Source: Gracilinanus agilis
Taxonomy: Eukaryota
Assembly (NCBI RefSeq): GCF_016433145.1
Contig: NC_058134.1
Coordinates: 131,344,765-131,408,764, forward strand
Direction of reading: 5' to 3'
DNA length: 64,000 nucleotides
Shown: positions 50,631 to 64,000 of the stretch, piece by piece
How positions within the stretch are numbered: position 1 is the first letter of the stretch
Layout: every line of letters begins with the position of its first letter
The notes under the pieces: model-generated
What the model saw: only the letters and a program-made list of their open reading frames with translations
Told to the model about the DNA's origin: nothing
Databases searched by the model: none
Made by a program: the position numbers and the translations under genes

Positions 50631-52384
50631 TATTTACTACAGATTTTCAGCAATCTGATGCGTATATTAATTTCTTTCCCAATAGTATGTTCCAAAGAGA
50701 GAAAATATTCTGTGCTTAAAGTCCAAATCATAATATCACTGAATGTTCTATTTTAAATTTATTTCAGAAGGATATTTTCACATCAGTTTCCTTTTCATTT
50801 TAATGAGAAATACTTTTGTAATTCCAAAAAAAGAATTTATGCAAAAATAAAATTTTAATCTGTATTTTCAATTGCACAACAAAACAGTCAAAATTTATGG
50901 AATGGTACCACTTTTTATAGAATTGCAAAATTTAATGTCTGGTAGCCAAATATTCTGATTGCTGTTTATATTTGAGAACATTTCTTTCCTTCTCTACATA
51001 AATACTGGAAAACATTTGTATGCAGAATATTCATTAAGGAAAATGTCAAAAACCTTTGGGACTTTTAATCTGTAAAATTCCGAGAATTCTAAGTTGAAAA
51101 TATGCCATGTAAACAAAGTCATTTGATCTGTTAATTAATTGTGAAGGGGCCAAATTATTTTAACTAGCTCTGTGTGTTTTTCCCCCCTTCTGGAGTGCCT
51201 TTCTTAGATTAAACATATTACAATTTCACAGTATGCAATTTCACAAGTGATGTCTCCGACAAGGAAACATCAAACACATTTCACCAGAAACAGTTATTTA
51301 CATCAACAGATGTTCAGCGTTTAGGCCATCTAATATTTTTAAGCTTCAGTTACCAAGAATTTGTTGATTTCTTTTAATCAGGATCCATCTGTTCTCTCTC
51401 TTAGATGAGTGGACGTGAATACTAAAATTGAATTACCCAGTCAAGCTTAAGAAAAACTACACAAATGTGTAATTCCACCTTCACACCTTACAGAAAGACT
51501 CTGCCAAGAAATATGTTTTATAATTAAATAGGAAAACAGTAATAACTGATCACACTTAAATCAAAAGTCCTTTTTAGGAAATATCCCTGAAGAAATGACG
51601 GATTTTAGAATCACATCTACCATTCTCTTGTAAACAGACCATCTCTCACTCACACATCACTTCCAATTTATTTTATTGGTTGGCTTGCTTGATAGAGGTA
51701 TGGAAGGGTTGAGAGAAAAATTTCCTTTTCTAATTTCATCTATAAGCAAAAGCTCAGCCACTGAAAGAACACTTAATTTTCTTTTGATTGTCAGTGGATT
51801 CAGTGATAAGCTAAATGTGAATTCAAATAATTCTGGAGGTCCTTAAAGTCACAGAAGTTTTCCAATTTAATTCATTCAGTCCAACAAATATTTTCTTCTA
51901 TGTGCAAAACAGATTTTGACACAAATGGATTATTCTACAAAAACCACCTAAGAAATCTATCCCCCCCACAAAGTAGTTTGTTCAACAGAAGGAATGCTGC
52001 ATTTAGAATCAAAGAACTGGAATGCTAGAATTGCCACTTAGAGCCCATGTGATCAGAGGCAAGTCAGATAACCTCACTGGGCCTTTAAAATGAGGAGGTT
52101 GGGCTTAAATAACCTCTAAATTTCCCTTGATCTAAATTTATGATCCTAGGTTTTTTCTTTCTTTTGTGTTTGTGCCCCTTCCATTCCATCCTGAGTGTAT
52201 GGTATAGTAGGAAATCACCCAGATTTATTATCAGAGGACATAATTTGAAAGCCTGCCTCTGTCTCTGTGAATTTGGTCATTCAACTTTAAGCTCCTTGGG
52301 CCTCAGTTCCCTCTTTGTAAAAGAAAAGGATCAGACTAGATAACCTCTAATATCCCTTCCATATCTAACCTGATGATTTCTTAA

Positions 52385-52545
52385 ACCAACGTTTTCTTCA
52401 CCTGGATTCCCTGAACTAAAAAAAAGGTATTTCAATATTACTATTTCAATATAATGTGTTCTCTTTGTAATTCTATTATTTTATGTTGTGCATTTAAACA
52501 ACTTTATTGTGAGTCCATAGGCCTCACCAGATGTCAAAATTCTCC
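52385..52545. mobile_element. hAT-type MITE related to 41034-41225
   Basis: Inverted similarity (gcatttaaacaac...ccataggcctcaccagatgtcaaa). Confidence 0.55.
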
Positions 52546-53796
52546 ACATTTAATTGTCTTTCCATATACAAAAGCAACTACATACATATCTATGAAAATA
52601 CGTTACAGCTGAAATCAAACATATTCATGTCTCTAGCTGGAAAGAACAATTGAATTTATAAATATTTATTCATATATCAATTGAAACAATGATTGCTCAT
52701 GATAATAATCTTAAAGCCATTAGGGTCCACAAGTAAATAAAAATGTGTTTTAATTTTCACAGTTATGTTAGAATTTGGCATTTTTCACATTTTATAATAG
52801 CAGGAAGGAGGAAGAACATTTATTAAATGCATGCCATGTGCCAGGCTCTGTGCTGAGCACTTTACAGATCTCTCATTTCGTTCTCATGATAAGCTGAGGA
52901 AGCAGGTATGTGATTCCCACTTAAGAGTTGAAGAAACCGAGGCAGACAGAGGTTAAGTGACTTGCCCAAGGTGTCTGAGGCTAGATATCATCTCGCATCT
53001 TCCTGATCCAAGCCCAGCTTTCCATTTCCTGCACCCTCAGGGGCTCAGGAATCCAGGCTCCTTTATGTGGTTCTAAGGAATCAATCAAGTGATTCCACTT
53101 CATAAGAGTATTCTAAATAAAAATGTACTAACTCTCGCTCATGCTGCAGACATTCAACAATGTGGACACGGAGAGCCAAAGCTTCGAGGCGCAAAGACGT
53201 CTTAGTGCCAGGAGACGTGGGCTTGCGCCCGTGTTCTGATGTTCTTGGTTCTCTCATTTAATCTCTCTGAGGCTCATTCCCTTCAGTTTAAGAGGAGGAT
53301 CTGCCTCTTCCCTAGCATTTTCTAAATACTAGAAGGGAATAACAACAAATTAGGATTGTTATTATTATTCCCGTGTGTTTAGTTTTGAGTTGTAATAGTC
53401 TATGTAGGCTGGCATAGGTGTATAGTACATAGAGATGTGCCTTTGTGTATATACAGCGAAGCATGCATGGCACAATAAAAAAACATGGTGGGGACTCGAA
53501 TTGGAATCCTGCCTCTGTCACTAGGTAAACTGGATGACTTTGGTAAACCCAATTAATCTTTCCTGGCCTCAGTGTCCTCATATATATTATGAGATACTTA
53601 GATGGCTATTTAAGATCTTTCTTCTAGCTCTGATACTGTGATGCTCTGATTACTCTACAATTTATCAGCATCACAAATAAAGGTGCTTCCACAGTGCCTG
53701 AGGGTTTCATTTCCAGTAAAAATACGCAGTAACTCTGTTTGACCAAGAGGCAGAGTAAATGAGTAGACAGGGTGTTGGGCTCCGAGTCAGGAAGAA

Positions 53797-53929
53797 NNNN
53801 NNNNNNNNNNNNNNNNNNNNNNNNNNNNNNNNNNNNNNNNNNNNNNNNNNNNNNNNNNNNNNNNNNNNNNNNNNNNNNNNNNNNNNNNNNNNNNNNNNNN
53901 NNNNNNNNNNNNNNNNNNNNNNNNNNNNN
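53797..53929. other. Assembly gap (133 N) within a SINE
   Basis: N run. Confidence 1.
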
Positions 53930-54389
53930 AGTACTTAGAACAGTGTAGTCAATATATAAATGTTCATCATTATTATTGTTAATTATTTGGAAACAGCTCG
54001 GTTTGAATCTTGTTAGCCTGGGCAAGTTTAACTTGTTGGTGTCTCCCAGGCAATTTTTTATCCCAAGAAGTGGTAGGGCAGGTGGCCAGCTGCTTTGGTG
54101 GAATTTCCTCACTAGGAGAGTTCCACGGAGGACCAATTCCCCTCTCCTCTCCCCAGCCCTGGCAAAAATAAATGTTTTATAGATGCCATAACATTATTTC
54201 AAAGCTCTGTGATTTCATCAGAGTGGGTACTTTTTCTGCACGTGGGGATTGTGATCTCTCAGTCACTTCATAAAATGTCTTTGTGAGCTGCTTGGGCTGA
54301 AAAATGAATAACGTGGTGACTGATTCTCTGGTGAAGAGCAAGATGTTTTGTCTTTGATTAGTGTGGTCCTAGGTAAGAGATTCTCTTTT

Positions 54390-54592
54390 TTTAAATTTTT
54401 TATTTTTTTTAACCCCTCACCTTCTGTCTTAGAGTATTGGCTCCAAGGCAGAAGAGTGGTAAGGGCTAGGCAATGGGGGTCAAGTGACTTGCCCAGGGTC
54501 ACACAGCTGGGAAGTGTCTGAGGCTGGATTTGAACCTAGGACCTCCCCTCTCTAGGCCTGGCTCTCAATCCACTGAGCTACCCAGATGCCCC
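54390..54592 (-). mobile_element. Young SINE-1_MD-like SINE with 15-bp TSD
   Basis: TSD aagagattctctttt at 54375-54389 and 54593-54607. Confidence 0.92.
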
Positions 54593-56661
54593 AAGAGATT
54601 CTCTTTTGCAATGTATTGTGCTGCTCTTGCATTATATTTCAGTAACCCAATAATAGTTACATGCCATGACTAGGCATCAGAATAAGGCTTAACTGTAGAT
54701 TCCTACATGGTCTTTTTAAGGTTTCTCAAAATAATTTGATTAATTTGGCCATTCCCAAACACTGGGAAGATTTAGTTTTATGTTAGTATATCAATGACAA
54801 TCTCAATTCTTTCTGTTTTTTTTTTTTCAGAATGTGACTCAATGAGAAATTATCACAATCTATTCATTGTGCATGCCTTTCTTATATGTAGACATGATTA
54901 ATTGTGATATATGAATTTAATATAGGATTCAGAGAGCATTACCAACACCGACACCCTATTATAGAAATTTCCAGGGCCAAGTCTATAAGAAATGAGGCAA
55001 TATGAGATCTTTAGTTTAATTACACAAAAGCTCTTAGAAATACAGGAAAACAGAAACAATAGAAAATAGAACAACTTAAGTTTATACTAGACCATGTGTC
55101 TGAAGTTGTCTGAAGAGTTTCTTTTTTAACTTTTCAATATAAGAAGGTTTTACAATGCTTTTAAACTGCTTAAGTCAAATGTTTTGAGCTTAAAGACTAT
55201 AAAGAACATTTGGGAATGTTCCCAAAGACAAACTTCCCAGAGGTGAGGGTAGTGATTAATACATGTTTCTCCCTAACTCCAGATCTTTTTTTTTACTTTC
55301 CTCCTTTTGTGGGGAATAATCTGGGGGGGGCACGAAGTAACCCAAAGTTTATCTTATTCTCACAAAAATCCAAGTGCAGCTAAATCTTGGGAATGGCTTC
55401 TTATTTTGAGTCCAAAAGGCATAGTGATGGGGCAAATGTCAGCTACAACTCTATTCTGAAACCATTTTCAGTTGCCACACAAGCCACAAGAAATCTCTCT
55501 TAGCACAAGTAGAGAAAAAATACTTTGAAAGTCTGGACTATCTACATCTCCCTATCCTACCTCTTCAAAGGAGATAGTTAGTGACTTCTTTAAAACTTCC
55601 TGAGAATGTCCTGAGAATGTGAATCATCTTCATTATATGACTTGAAAATGTTGTTTCCAATATCAAAATATGTTTTGCTTAGTGTAAGTTAATAAGGAGT
55701 GTACATTCTTTGAGCCTATCTCAAATAAACAGTAAAAGGTGATGCGTTTCCTGAATAGGAATGTCATCAAATGATCTTTTTATTTATTTAAAATGTTATT
55801 TATTAATAAATACAACGATCATTTTAAAATGTCACATATGTAGACAAACGAGAACTGGTTGAAGTTTATCTTTTCTTGCAATTGTTTTAGAAAAATGTGT
55901 ATTGGGTCCTTTTTAGTGAGCCATCAAAAAAAGTAGGGCTGAAAAGTGATGAGAGAAAGAAATGATAAAGAGCTGAGCAGTGTCACTTTCTATCATACTT
56001 GCTGAGCATTAGAAAATGAAAGGCACTTTCTCTCATCTCTATGTCTTGAGTACTGAGATTTTGCAGAACAGCATGGCAATGTTATAGGAAAAATGATTAA
56101 TGTATCCACCCCAAATAAAGACGTTTTTTTTTTTAAATCAGCACTTGTAAAAATGATGTACTTCCCCCCTCAGTTTTAAAAGACTATCCATATGCCTTTC
56201 TTTATTTTCTTCCTTCATTTCCCTTCCCTCTCACTCTTTTCCAAGAGCTTTTTTTGAGAGGGAGGAGTTAGACAACTATTTCAATTACTCTTCTTGGTGG
56301 GCTGCTTGCAGAAACCTTCCTTATTATATAAATGTCTGTGAAATGCAAAACTCTTAGTTAGCTACAGTGTTTCGGCTAAGGTGTTTTAGCTGCTGGCTAT
56401 ATCTGAATTTAATTTTTAAAAAATAAATGTTAAGTTCTAAATATTAACCAGCAATATACCTCTCATCGCTGACCCTTCAAAGTCTTGAAGTTGTTTTCAT
56501 TTTCATCATAGTCTATTTTTAAATGTATATAAGAAGTCACTCCTAGAATAAACACAGGTGACCAGAAAAGGGAAAAAAATGGCTATTTATATCTACTGTT
56601 CTTATAATCATCTCCTTTCAACAATAACTATTGATTTAACACGACCAGTTCTTTTATTGTT

Positions 56662-56739
56662 TAGCTTTGCTGATGAGGGGTTTAAGAATGAATACAAATG
56701 GAATCAGCTGCAACTCTGACCTAAGATGTAACTTGCATC
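56662..56739 (+). repeat. 78-bp direct repeat, copy 1
   Basis: Identical to 57799-57876. Confidence 0.97.
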
Positions 56740-56987
56740 ATTGCTATAGCAATTAAAAAATAAGGTGCATAATACAAATGCATGCCAATGATAGAAACCA
56801 CAGAGAGGTGGCTATATTTTATGGCTAAAAAAGTAATATAAATCTGTAAGTGGTGAATGTTTTGAGGAGCATACATGTTCAATGTAAGAAAAGATCACAG
56901 CAAAAATATAACAACCACAAACCATTAAACACTTTTTTATCCTTTTGGCATCTAATAGTTATTCACACAATAATTCAAAAGCATTAC

Positions 56988-57079
56988 CTGAAATGGGAAA
57001 GATGGGTGTTGGTGGTGTAGAAATGACTCGAGGTGAGGTGCTATCTTCTAAGTAAAAATGTGCAGTCTGAAAACATTTC
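56988..57079 (-). CDS. PTPRZ1: PTPRZ1 exon 14: (R)[30 protein letters not shown](D)
   Basis: tttctccag/G...G/gtaatg, 92 nt. Juxtamembrane segment. Confidence 0.97.
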
Positions 57080-57798
57080 CTGGAGAAAGAAACAAGGGCA
57101 AATGACACCATGAAATGTTTTAAAAAGAAGAGAAGGTCTGGATTCTTGGAAACTGATGACAATTCAACTCGACTTAGCAAGCATTTATTACGCATGTACT
57201 ATATATGCTAAGTACAATGAAATATGTGAATATAGAAATATATTTAAAAATCCAAAGTATTTCTTAAATTGAATTAACAAACCATATCATAGAGAAATCT
57301 TATAACTGAATGGTATCGTCACTACTCCATCCCATCCCACCCCAGTTCATTTTATTTTTACCTGTACCAGATGCAGAAGAAAGAGCAGAGATCAGACATA
57401 TTGAAAGAAGAAAAGGCACTTGGAGCTCTGGGTTGGTATGAAAGAACTTTGCCGAGAAATGAAATTTCCCACCAACCCCAGAAATCAGTCTTCCACTGTA
57501 CTTCTATCATGTATCCCCTCCATTGCATGGGAACTGAAGTGAAGCTGGAGAGAGGGTCTGAAATCTTTTCTTTAGCATATCGAGAGCTGTCTTCTATTTC
57601 GGATTTTTAACTGCTCATAAAACGAGGCACGCCGTGATTAAGTGGAATCGAGAGATCACAGTGGTGCCATTTTGCTAATAATAATAAAAAGAGGTAGCCT
57701 CATATTTGAACTATGATAACATGGTAGTGACAGATCCAAGCCAAGAAAATCATCATGAAGCAGGCAGAGAAGCAAGAGTTTTTCTTTCCAACAGATGC

Positions 57799-57876
57799 TA
57801 GCTTTGCTGATGAGGGGTTTAAGAATGAATACAAATGGAATCAGCTGCAACTCTGACCTAAGATGTAACTTGCATC
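57799..57876 (+). repeat. 78-bp direct repeat, copy 2
   Basis: Identical to 56662-56739. Confidence 0.97.
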
Positions 57877-58469
57877 TATTTTCATTCAGATAATAAGTGT
57901 AGCATCTGGTTAGAGCAAACTTGAAACTATTGAGAGGGGTAAATAACCAACTGCTGCTTTAAAGCAATGTAAACCACCCTTAATTAAAAAACTCAGATAA
58001 TTAAACCTGCTAATGACACTCTTTGATGTGGCTCATTTAATTTATTTGAAATATTATTCACAAGTGGTTAATTTTAAATAGAAATATATGTATAAGTGAA
58101 AAATAATTTTGCATTTATGAAATTCAAGTTATAGGAGGGCTATTCTAATGTGGTTTAAAGCAAAATATGGCCCAACAGTTGCTATTTTTAGTAACTAGTG
58201 TTTCTTGAAGATGTAACTGGTGCAAGACAGCATATAATTTATTTATTCATCTTCTTAACAATACATAGCAATGATATGTTACATGAAAAACTGGGAGCTA
58301 TGTTCAGAGAAGGATAGGGAAGGGCAAACCTTTGGGGGGAAATGACATTGAATTCAATTATGAAGGAACCGAAGACAAAAAGGAAAGACATAGAACCCAG
58401 GAATAGGGATGCAGCTTCCAAGAGAAGGGGAGGAATTGGCGGGACGTGCTTGGAGATGTGAATCATGGC

Positions 58470-58720
58470 TTTACTCTTTCTCCAAACCTTTAATTCTCAG
58501 TCTCTTTGGATCCCAGGACCCCGCCTTAGACTCTAAAAATTACTGAGTTCCCTCCCAGGTTTTGTCTCTGTGGACTTTATTTTTTTCGATATTTGCTGTA
58601 TTTGAAATGAAAAAAAAAAGTCTTTGTGTTATTATCAAAATAGTTTTGACCTCAGGGACTTCTTGAAAGCATCTTGGGGTTCCCTGGGAGGTTCCTAGAC
58701 CATATTTTGAAAAGTACTAC
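58470..58720. mobile_element. hAT/Charlie-type non-autonomous DNA transposon remnant
   Basis: ggatcccaggacccc...tagactctaaaaattactgag...aatagttttgacctcaggg...agaccatattttgaaaagtact. Confidence 0.6.
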
Positions 58721-58769
58721 TCTTAGCTTAATTCTTATCATTGTTCCTCATTTTGCTTCATTCCACGAA

Positions 58770-58995
58770 ACACCTAGTGGCACAGTAGATAGACCTGAGT
58801 TATAATCTGACCTCCAACACTTCCAAGCTATATGATCCTGAGCAAGTGCCTTAACTTCTGTTTACCTCAGTTTCCTCAACTGTAAAATGAGTGTAATAAT
58901 AGCATTCACCTTGCAGGGTTGTTGTGAGGGTCAAATAGATAATACTGATAAAACGCACTTAGCACAGGGCTTGGTACACAGTAGGCACTATATGA
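58770..58995 (+). mobile_element. MIR SINE
   Basis: Core cctcagtttcctcaactgtaaaatg; L2-type tail gcacttagcacagggcttggtacacagtaggcact. Confidence 0.8.
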
Positions 58996-60184
58996 ATGAG
59001 TATTTTCTTTCTTTCCACTACCTCTTTTTCCTCATGCACCAAACCTTTCAGATGCCTCGCTAGTGTAGCTGCCTTCCTTTGGATTCACTCTGGTGTTGAT
59101 ATGTGGTGCCACAGGCTAAATGTCATGTTCCGGATCTGTTTTGGACTGTCGGCATACACGGAGTGTGGGCTGGGTGTTCTTGAGCAGATCAGAATAGATG
59201 GGACTAGGGCTTAATTTGATGTAAATTCTATTCCTAGTTAATGCGGCCCAAGATATTATCAGCTTGTTCAGTAATCATTCCTTAGTGAAGAATCACTAAG
59301 CTTGTGGCTAAATGACATCCCAAGGCCTTTTCCTCACAACTTTAAGTCACATTCCCCCAACCTACACTTAAAAACAAAGGCACTTTAAACCAAAATACAG
59401 GAGTTCCTCTTTTCTCTTGTTAAATTTTCATCTTGTCCATTTTCTCTTGTGTTCTATTCTGTCAAGATACATGTGAACCTTGAATTTCTCAAACATATTA
59501 GCTATCTCTTCCTAAGGACGTAAAAGTATATTTTTCATGGTTTTGTCATAGGTAAAGTTGTTGAAGAGAATGAGGTGCTGAGGAGGGTCCTTTGGAATTT
59601 CATACTACATCTAGTTAACCCAGAGCCATTAAAATGCTCTCCATGATTAGGTAAATATGAAAAGGGAGCAGTTTTGAAATATTGCCTATTCATCCCATAA
59701 ATACCCATTAAGTGTCCCCTGTACATGGGAGCCCCAGAAGGAAACAACAGAAATGATGGTCTCTACCCTAAGCAGGAGTGAAAAAGTCATATGCAGGAAG
59801 TAAGTAGAGTAGTTTGACTGAAGCAGAGGGGCCATTTAGGGAGGCAATGAGAATTGTGGCTGGAGTCCCTGTTCTATTAAATCAAGGGACTTGGATGCTG
59901 GACAAAAAAGTTTGCATTTGATAACCAGGCACTGAAGTCATGATGATTATATATAATATTAGTTGAAATATTTAGCATACTAGTCAGTAAAGCTCATAAA
60001 ATAGTATATTGAACTTTGTAAGAAAAAAATGAGCAAGCTTAATTCATTAGCAAGATATCCAAGTCAATGGTACCTCATTCTCTAACTCTGTCTCATCACT
60101 TCTCATCTGGACTATTTTAAGAACCTCCTTATTCATTCCCCCCCACCTCATATCTTTCTGAAATCTATCTTGCATTTGGGTGTT

Positions 60185-60425
60185 GCTGTTTGTTGTTCAG
60201 TTGTGTCCAATTCTTCATGACCCATTTGAGGTTTTCTTGGCAAAGATATTGGATACTGGGGTGGTTTGCCATTTCCTTTTCCAGCCCATTTTACAGATGA
60301 GGAAATGGAGGCAAGGTTAAGCGGCTTGCTCACAGTCACCCAGATAATAAGTGTCTGAGGCTGGATTTAAACTCAGGAAGATGAGTCTTCCTGATTATCG
60401 GTCCAATCCTCTATACACTATGCCC
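60185..60425 (-). mobile_element. MAR1-like SINE
   Basis: Antisense RTE tail plus core. Confidence 0.8.
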
Positions 60426-60659
60426 TCTGCGGCGAACTTTTTTCTGAGTTCAAGTGCCCAGAGGGCAGATTCAAGCTGTCTCTGAGCCCCCAGATTACCT
60501 GAGAGAGCTGAGGGAGAAAGTGCTTGCTTTGGGCTGCTGGACAGAGGGGCTGGGCAGGCAAAAATGTCCTGGGGAGCTGGGAGGAGGGAAAAAGGAGCAG
60601 CTCCCTGAGTGCTGGCTCTGCATGGGTGCTATATCTTCTCCAATGCTGTACTATTGCCA

Positions 60660-61200
60660 CCTGGTTGCTCATTCAGATACAAAAATATTATTCCTAAAAT
60701 AGTCTGACCATGTCACTCCCCTGTTCAGTAAACTGCACCTGCTCTATATCTCAAAAATCAAATATGAACTCCTCTACTGGGCATATAGACCCTTTACAAC
60801 CTGGGTCCAATCTGTCTTTCTAGCCTCATTCTGCATTAATATTCTTCACACACTCTACATTCTAGTCAAAGTAGCCTTCTTGCTATTTCTCTCCCATAAC
60901 ACTGTTTCCCATTTCCATGCCTTGGCATAAAACCTGGAATACACTTCCTCTTTATCTGGGTCTCTCAGAATTTCTGATGGTCTTCAACACTCAGCTCAAG
61001 AACCACTCAACAGATCATCGTCCAGTGACTTCCCACCAAATTACTTCTATTTGTTTTCTTTATGTTTGTGTGTGTGCATTTCATAAACATTGTCCTAAAG
61101 CAGAAAAATATTTGGACAGCCAATGAAAAAGTTCACATCTATGCTTCATTCTTGTCTTTGTGTGCCTTAAGCAGTGTCTCAAACATAGTAGACATTTAGG
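60660..61200 (+). mobile_element. L2 3' fragment
   Basis: aaaatagtctgaccatgtcactcccctg...cagtgtctcaaacatagtagacatttag. Confidence 0.7.
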
Positions 61201-61724
61201 AGTACATCTATTGATCTACAGAGTAGATGAAATGGCAAGACTTCTAAGGGATTTTTATTAGTAATATGGTAAGGATGGCATTTTCTCTAGTTAAAAAATA
61301 TAGCCAACCCTTCACTATGTAAATAACACTACATCTAATCATTATTAAGAAGACAATTAAATTTAGAACTAGTATATTTCAAATCCATCAGTTCTTTTAT
61401 TTTGTTGTCAAATATTATCTTCTTTGGGGGGGGAGACGGAGGAAGGAAGATAACCTGGAAACTTAAATGTAACAAACAAATAAATAAATTAAAAAATTTA
61501 GACTTAGAGAGACTGGAGATTATTGAGTTCAATTTCCTTATTTTGCAGATGAAAGAATTAACTCCAGAGAGGCTTTATAACTTGCTCAGGGTCACAGAAC
61601 TTGTTAAGAAGTAGAAGAGCCAATGTTCAGATCTAGGTCTTGTGACTCTAAATCTAGAGAAAGGATAATTAAAGGGAGGGTAAAAGATTAGTCCTAAACA
61701 AACCAACAAGCAAACAAGGTCCCT

Positions 61725-62230
61725 TTAAGGATGTAAAAATATGTTTATAGCTCTTTTTGTGGTGGTGAAGAATTGGAAATAGAAAGGATGCCAATTGTTT
61801 GGAGCATGGTTGAACAAGTTATGCTTTCCTCCTATACTATAAAACAATTACCAAAGGGATAGTTGCAGAGAAATCTGGGAAGACTTGTATGAACTGATAC
61901 AGAGTCAAATGAGCAGAACCGGGAGAAAAAATTATCAAGTAACAACAATATTGTATTGACAGACACTTTTTAAAGACATTAGAACTTTGATCTGAGCAAT
62001 AGACCAAGAATGATTGCAGAGGATTAATGATGAAATCTACTACCCACCTCCTGACAGAAAGTAAAAGATTTAGAATTCTGACTGAGACATGTTGGTATTT
62101 GGCAAAGTACAATTAAAAAAATAAACTATATATGTTTGTAATAAGATTTAGATTTTCTTTCTTATTTGGAAAGTGAGGATTCGTGAGAAAAAGAGAAGAA
62201 AGGTTTTTAACTGATTAAAAAAATCATTTA
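61725..62230 (+). mobile_element. L1 3' end fragment
   Basis: gctctttttgtggtggtgaagaattggaaa; gacttgtatgaactgatacagagtcaaatgagcagaaccggg. Confidence 0.8.
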
Positions 62231-64000
62231 AATTATGATATGTAAAGTACCATATAAATCCGATAGCACATAAGTCTCTGCGATGAGATCTGCCAGAATA
62301 TTACTAGCTCACAGGGGTGTTGGAGAAAGATCCTAATTGCTCCCAAGAGCTGATTGTTAAATTTTTGGTATGAGTATATATTCCTTAGAAATCCAGAAAA
62401 ATTACAAATCTAGCTCTTTTATTCTGTTTTATTGACTGCCTAGACATAAGAAAGTGATGGAGAAATGTTATTTATGCACCATAAATATGTATATCTGTGC
62501 ATGTTTATATGTACATGTTACATGTACATATGGAAATGTTATCTGTTTTTAAGGGTTGTTGCTAAGAAAGTGCTACAAAAATTATGAGTTAGTTATGAAT
62601 TTCAATCAATGATGTGTTCTGGAAACACTTTAAAAATAATGGGTATATAGGTATAGATATAAATACAGATATTTATATGTAGAAATAGTATTATGTCCTC
62701 CATATATAAGAGACAATACAAAGAGGAAAGGTCACTAGGTTTGGAATCAGATGATATCAGTTCAAATTTCAACCTGTGTGACTCTGAGCAAATCCTTTAA
62801 CTTCATTTCCTTCTGTAAGATAGAGGGGTTTGATTAGAGGATCTGAGGTCTCTCTTAACTTGAAATACACAATTCTTAAGAGATTGGCATTTAGTCACCC
62901 AAGGTCCTTCATCATTTTTTCACTTCTTCTTTCCAGAATGAATCATGGGTGACATATGCTAGAGATGAAAGAATTTCTACAAATTTTTTTGCCTTTAGGG
63001 TTAGAAAATGCACTGGTTTTTATTCTTGGGATATTAGTCAAATACAATCATGCATATATCTGCATATGGGCTAGAGGATTAAATATTTGTGAATTTTAGA
63101 AGATAGATGTCGTTGTTAATGTTGTTTGACATTAATTCCTATTGAACCCTCAGAAATTTTATGCAATGATTTTTAATACAACTGCAGGGTAAATTGATAC
63201 TTGATATGTGTATGACCTGTGAAGAAAATTCAGTGAATTCTACTGAATGTGGGGCATAATTCATCTACATATGATTTCCCCAGGCCAAGGTGAACAGTAT
63301 GACATTATGAGTGAATAGAGAACTAGATAGAAGTTTTTCGTTCAAATTTCACCTTGGAAACGTACTGACCCAAGTCATTTAACATCTTTTGGGCTCTAGG
63401 CAAGTGTCTAAATGCATAATTTGCAAAGAATATATACCCCTGCATTGGTAGAGGAAAGTTCCTTATGTCAGAGAAATGATAATACAGTCTTTATTCTTTA
63501 ATGAGTGTTCATGATAGAACTGTCCCAAGCTAAGCAATACGTTTTGACCAGCAACCTAGAAATGGAATAGAATGAGAAGTAAATATAAGTTATAGAATGG
63601 CTGCCAGAAGGAAAAAGTCTTAAAAGGAAAAGAAATGCAAACAGATCTAATATTTGAACTGGAATATAAAAGTGTTCAAATAAATCACAGAGGAAAGATA
63701 GAACTTTGAATGAATTTGGGGGTTTCTGTTGGCAAAGGGTAGGCTCTTATTTTTAAAAAGGAAGATTCAGGGTAATGATGGGGATGATAAAAGAGCTGTG
63801 ATGCATATAACACTTTAAGACTCCCCATATGCTTTATATTCAAGGGAGTCTAGTAAATGTTTAACCTTCAGTTCTATGAAATTTCATAACAAATCTTTAA
63901 GTTTAATGTGATTTATGAACAGTTTCCTCATCATTTAAAAAATTAACAATCAATAAAAAAATAACAACACCTGATTTGCAGTATTTGTCAATTTCCCAGA

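Noticed and set aside
56662-56739. Box C/D snoRNA resemblance of the 78-bp repeat (TGATGA...CTGA)
   Set aside because: It is antisense to the host gene, the C-D span is only ~50 nt, the terminal stem is poor, and there are no convincing C'/D' boxes.
57080-64000. Search for the PTPRZ1 transmembrane exon 13 (AVIPLVIVSALTF-like)
   Set aside because: Not found; it must lie beyond the right edge.

Overview
This is marsupial genomic DNA, most likely the opossum Monodelphis domestica, judged from SINE-1_MD-like and MAR1-like SINEs, marsupial L1 ends and draft-assembly N gaps. The window holds the 3' half of PTPRZ1 (receptor protein tyrosine phosphatase zeta) on the minus strand. I traced 17 coding exons by hand (human numbering 14-30). 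All have GT-AG boundaries and consistent phases, totalling 1960 coding nt: juxtamembrane region, wedge, catalytic D1 (WPD, HCSAGVGRT), inactive D2 (WPN, HDEHGGVTAG) and the C-terminal PDZ-binding end -ESLV*. A ~850-nt 3'UTR follows, with a poly(A) signal at 13801-13806. The transmembrane and ectodomain exons lie beyond the right edge. The left ~13 kb has no recognisable coding exon; it is mostly L1/L2/SINE debris and begins with the 5' end of a probably full-length L1. I found no convincing novel multi-gene system. The best leads are regulatory or structural: a 21-nt microexon with RBFOX/SRRM4-type motifs, a candidate 38-nt poison exon in a CpG-retaining stretch after exon 17, a perfect 78-bp direct repeat bracketing exon 14, an LTR-like element abutting the poly(A) site, paired Pumilio elements in the 3'UTR, and inverted MAR1 pairs around exons 26-27. 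Repeat family names and comparisons with human come from memory of consensus sequences, and repeat boundaries are approximate.
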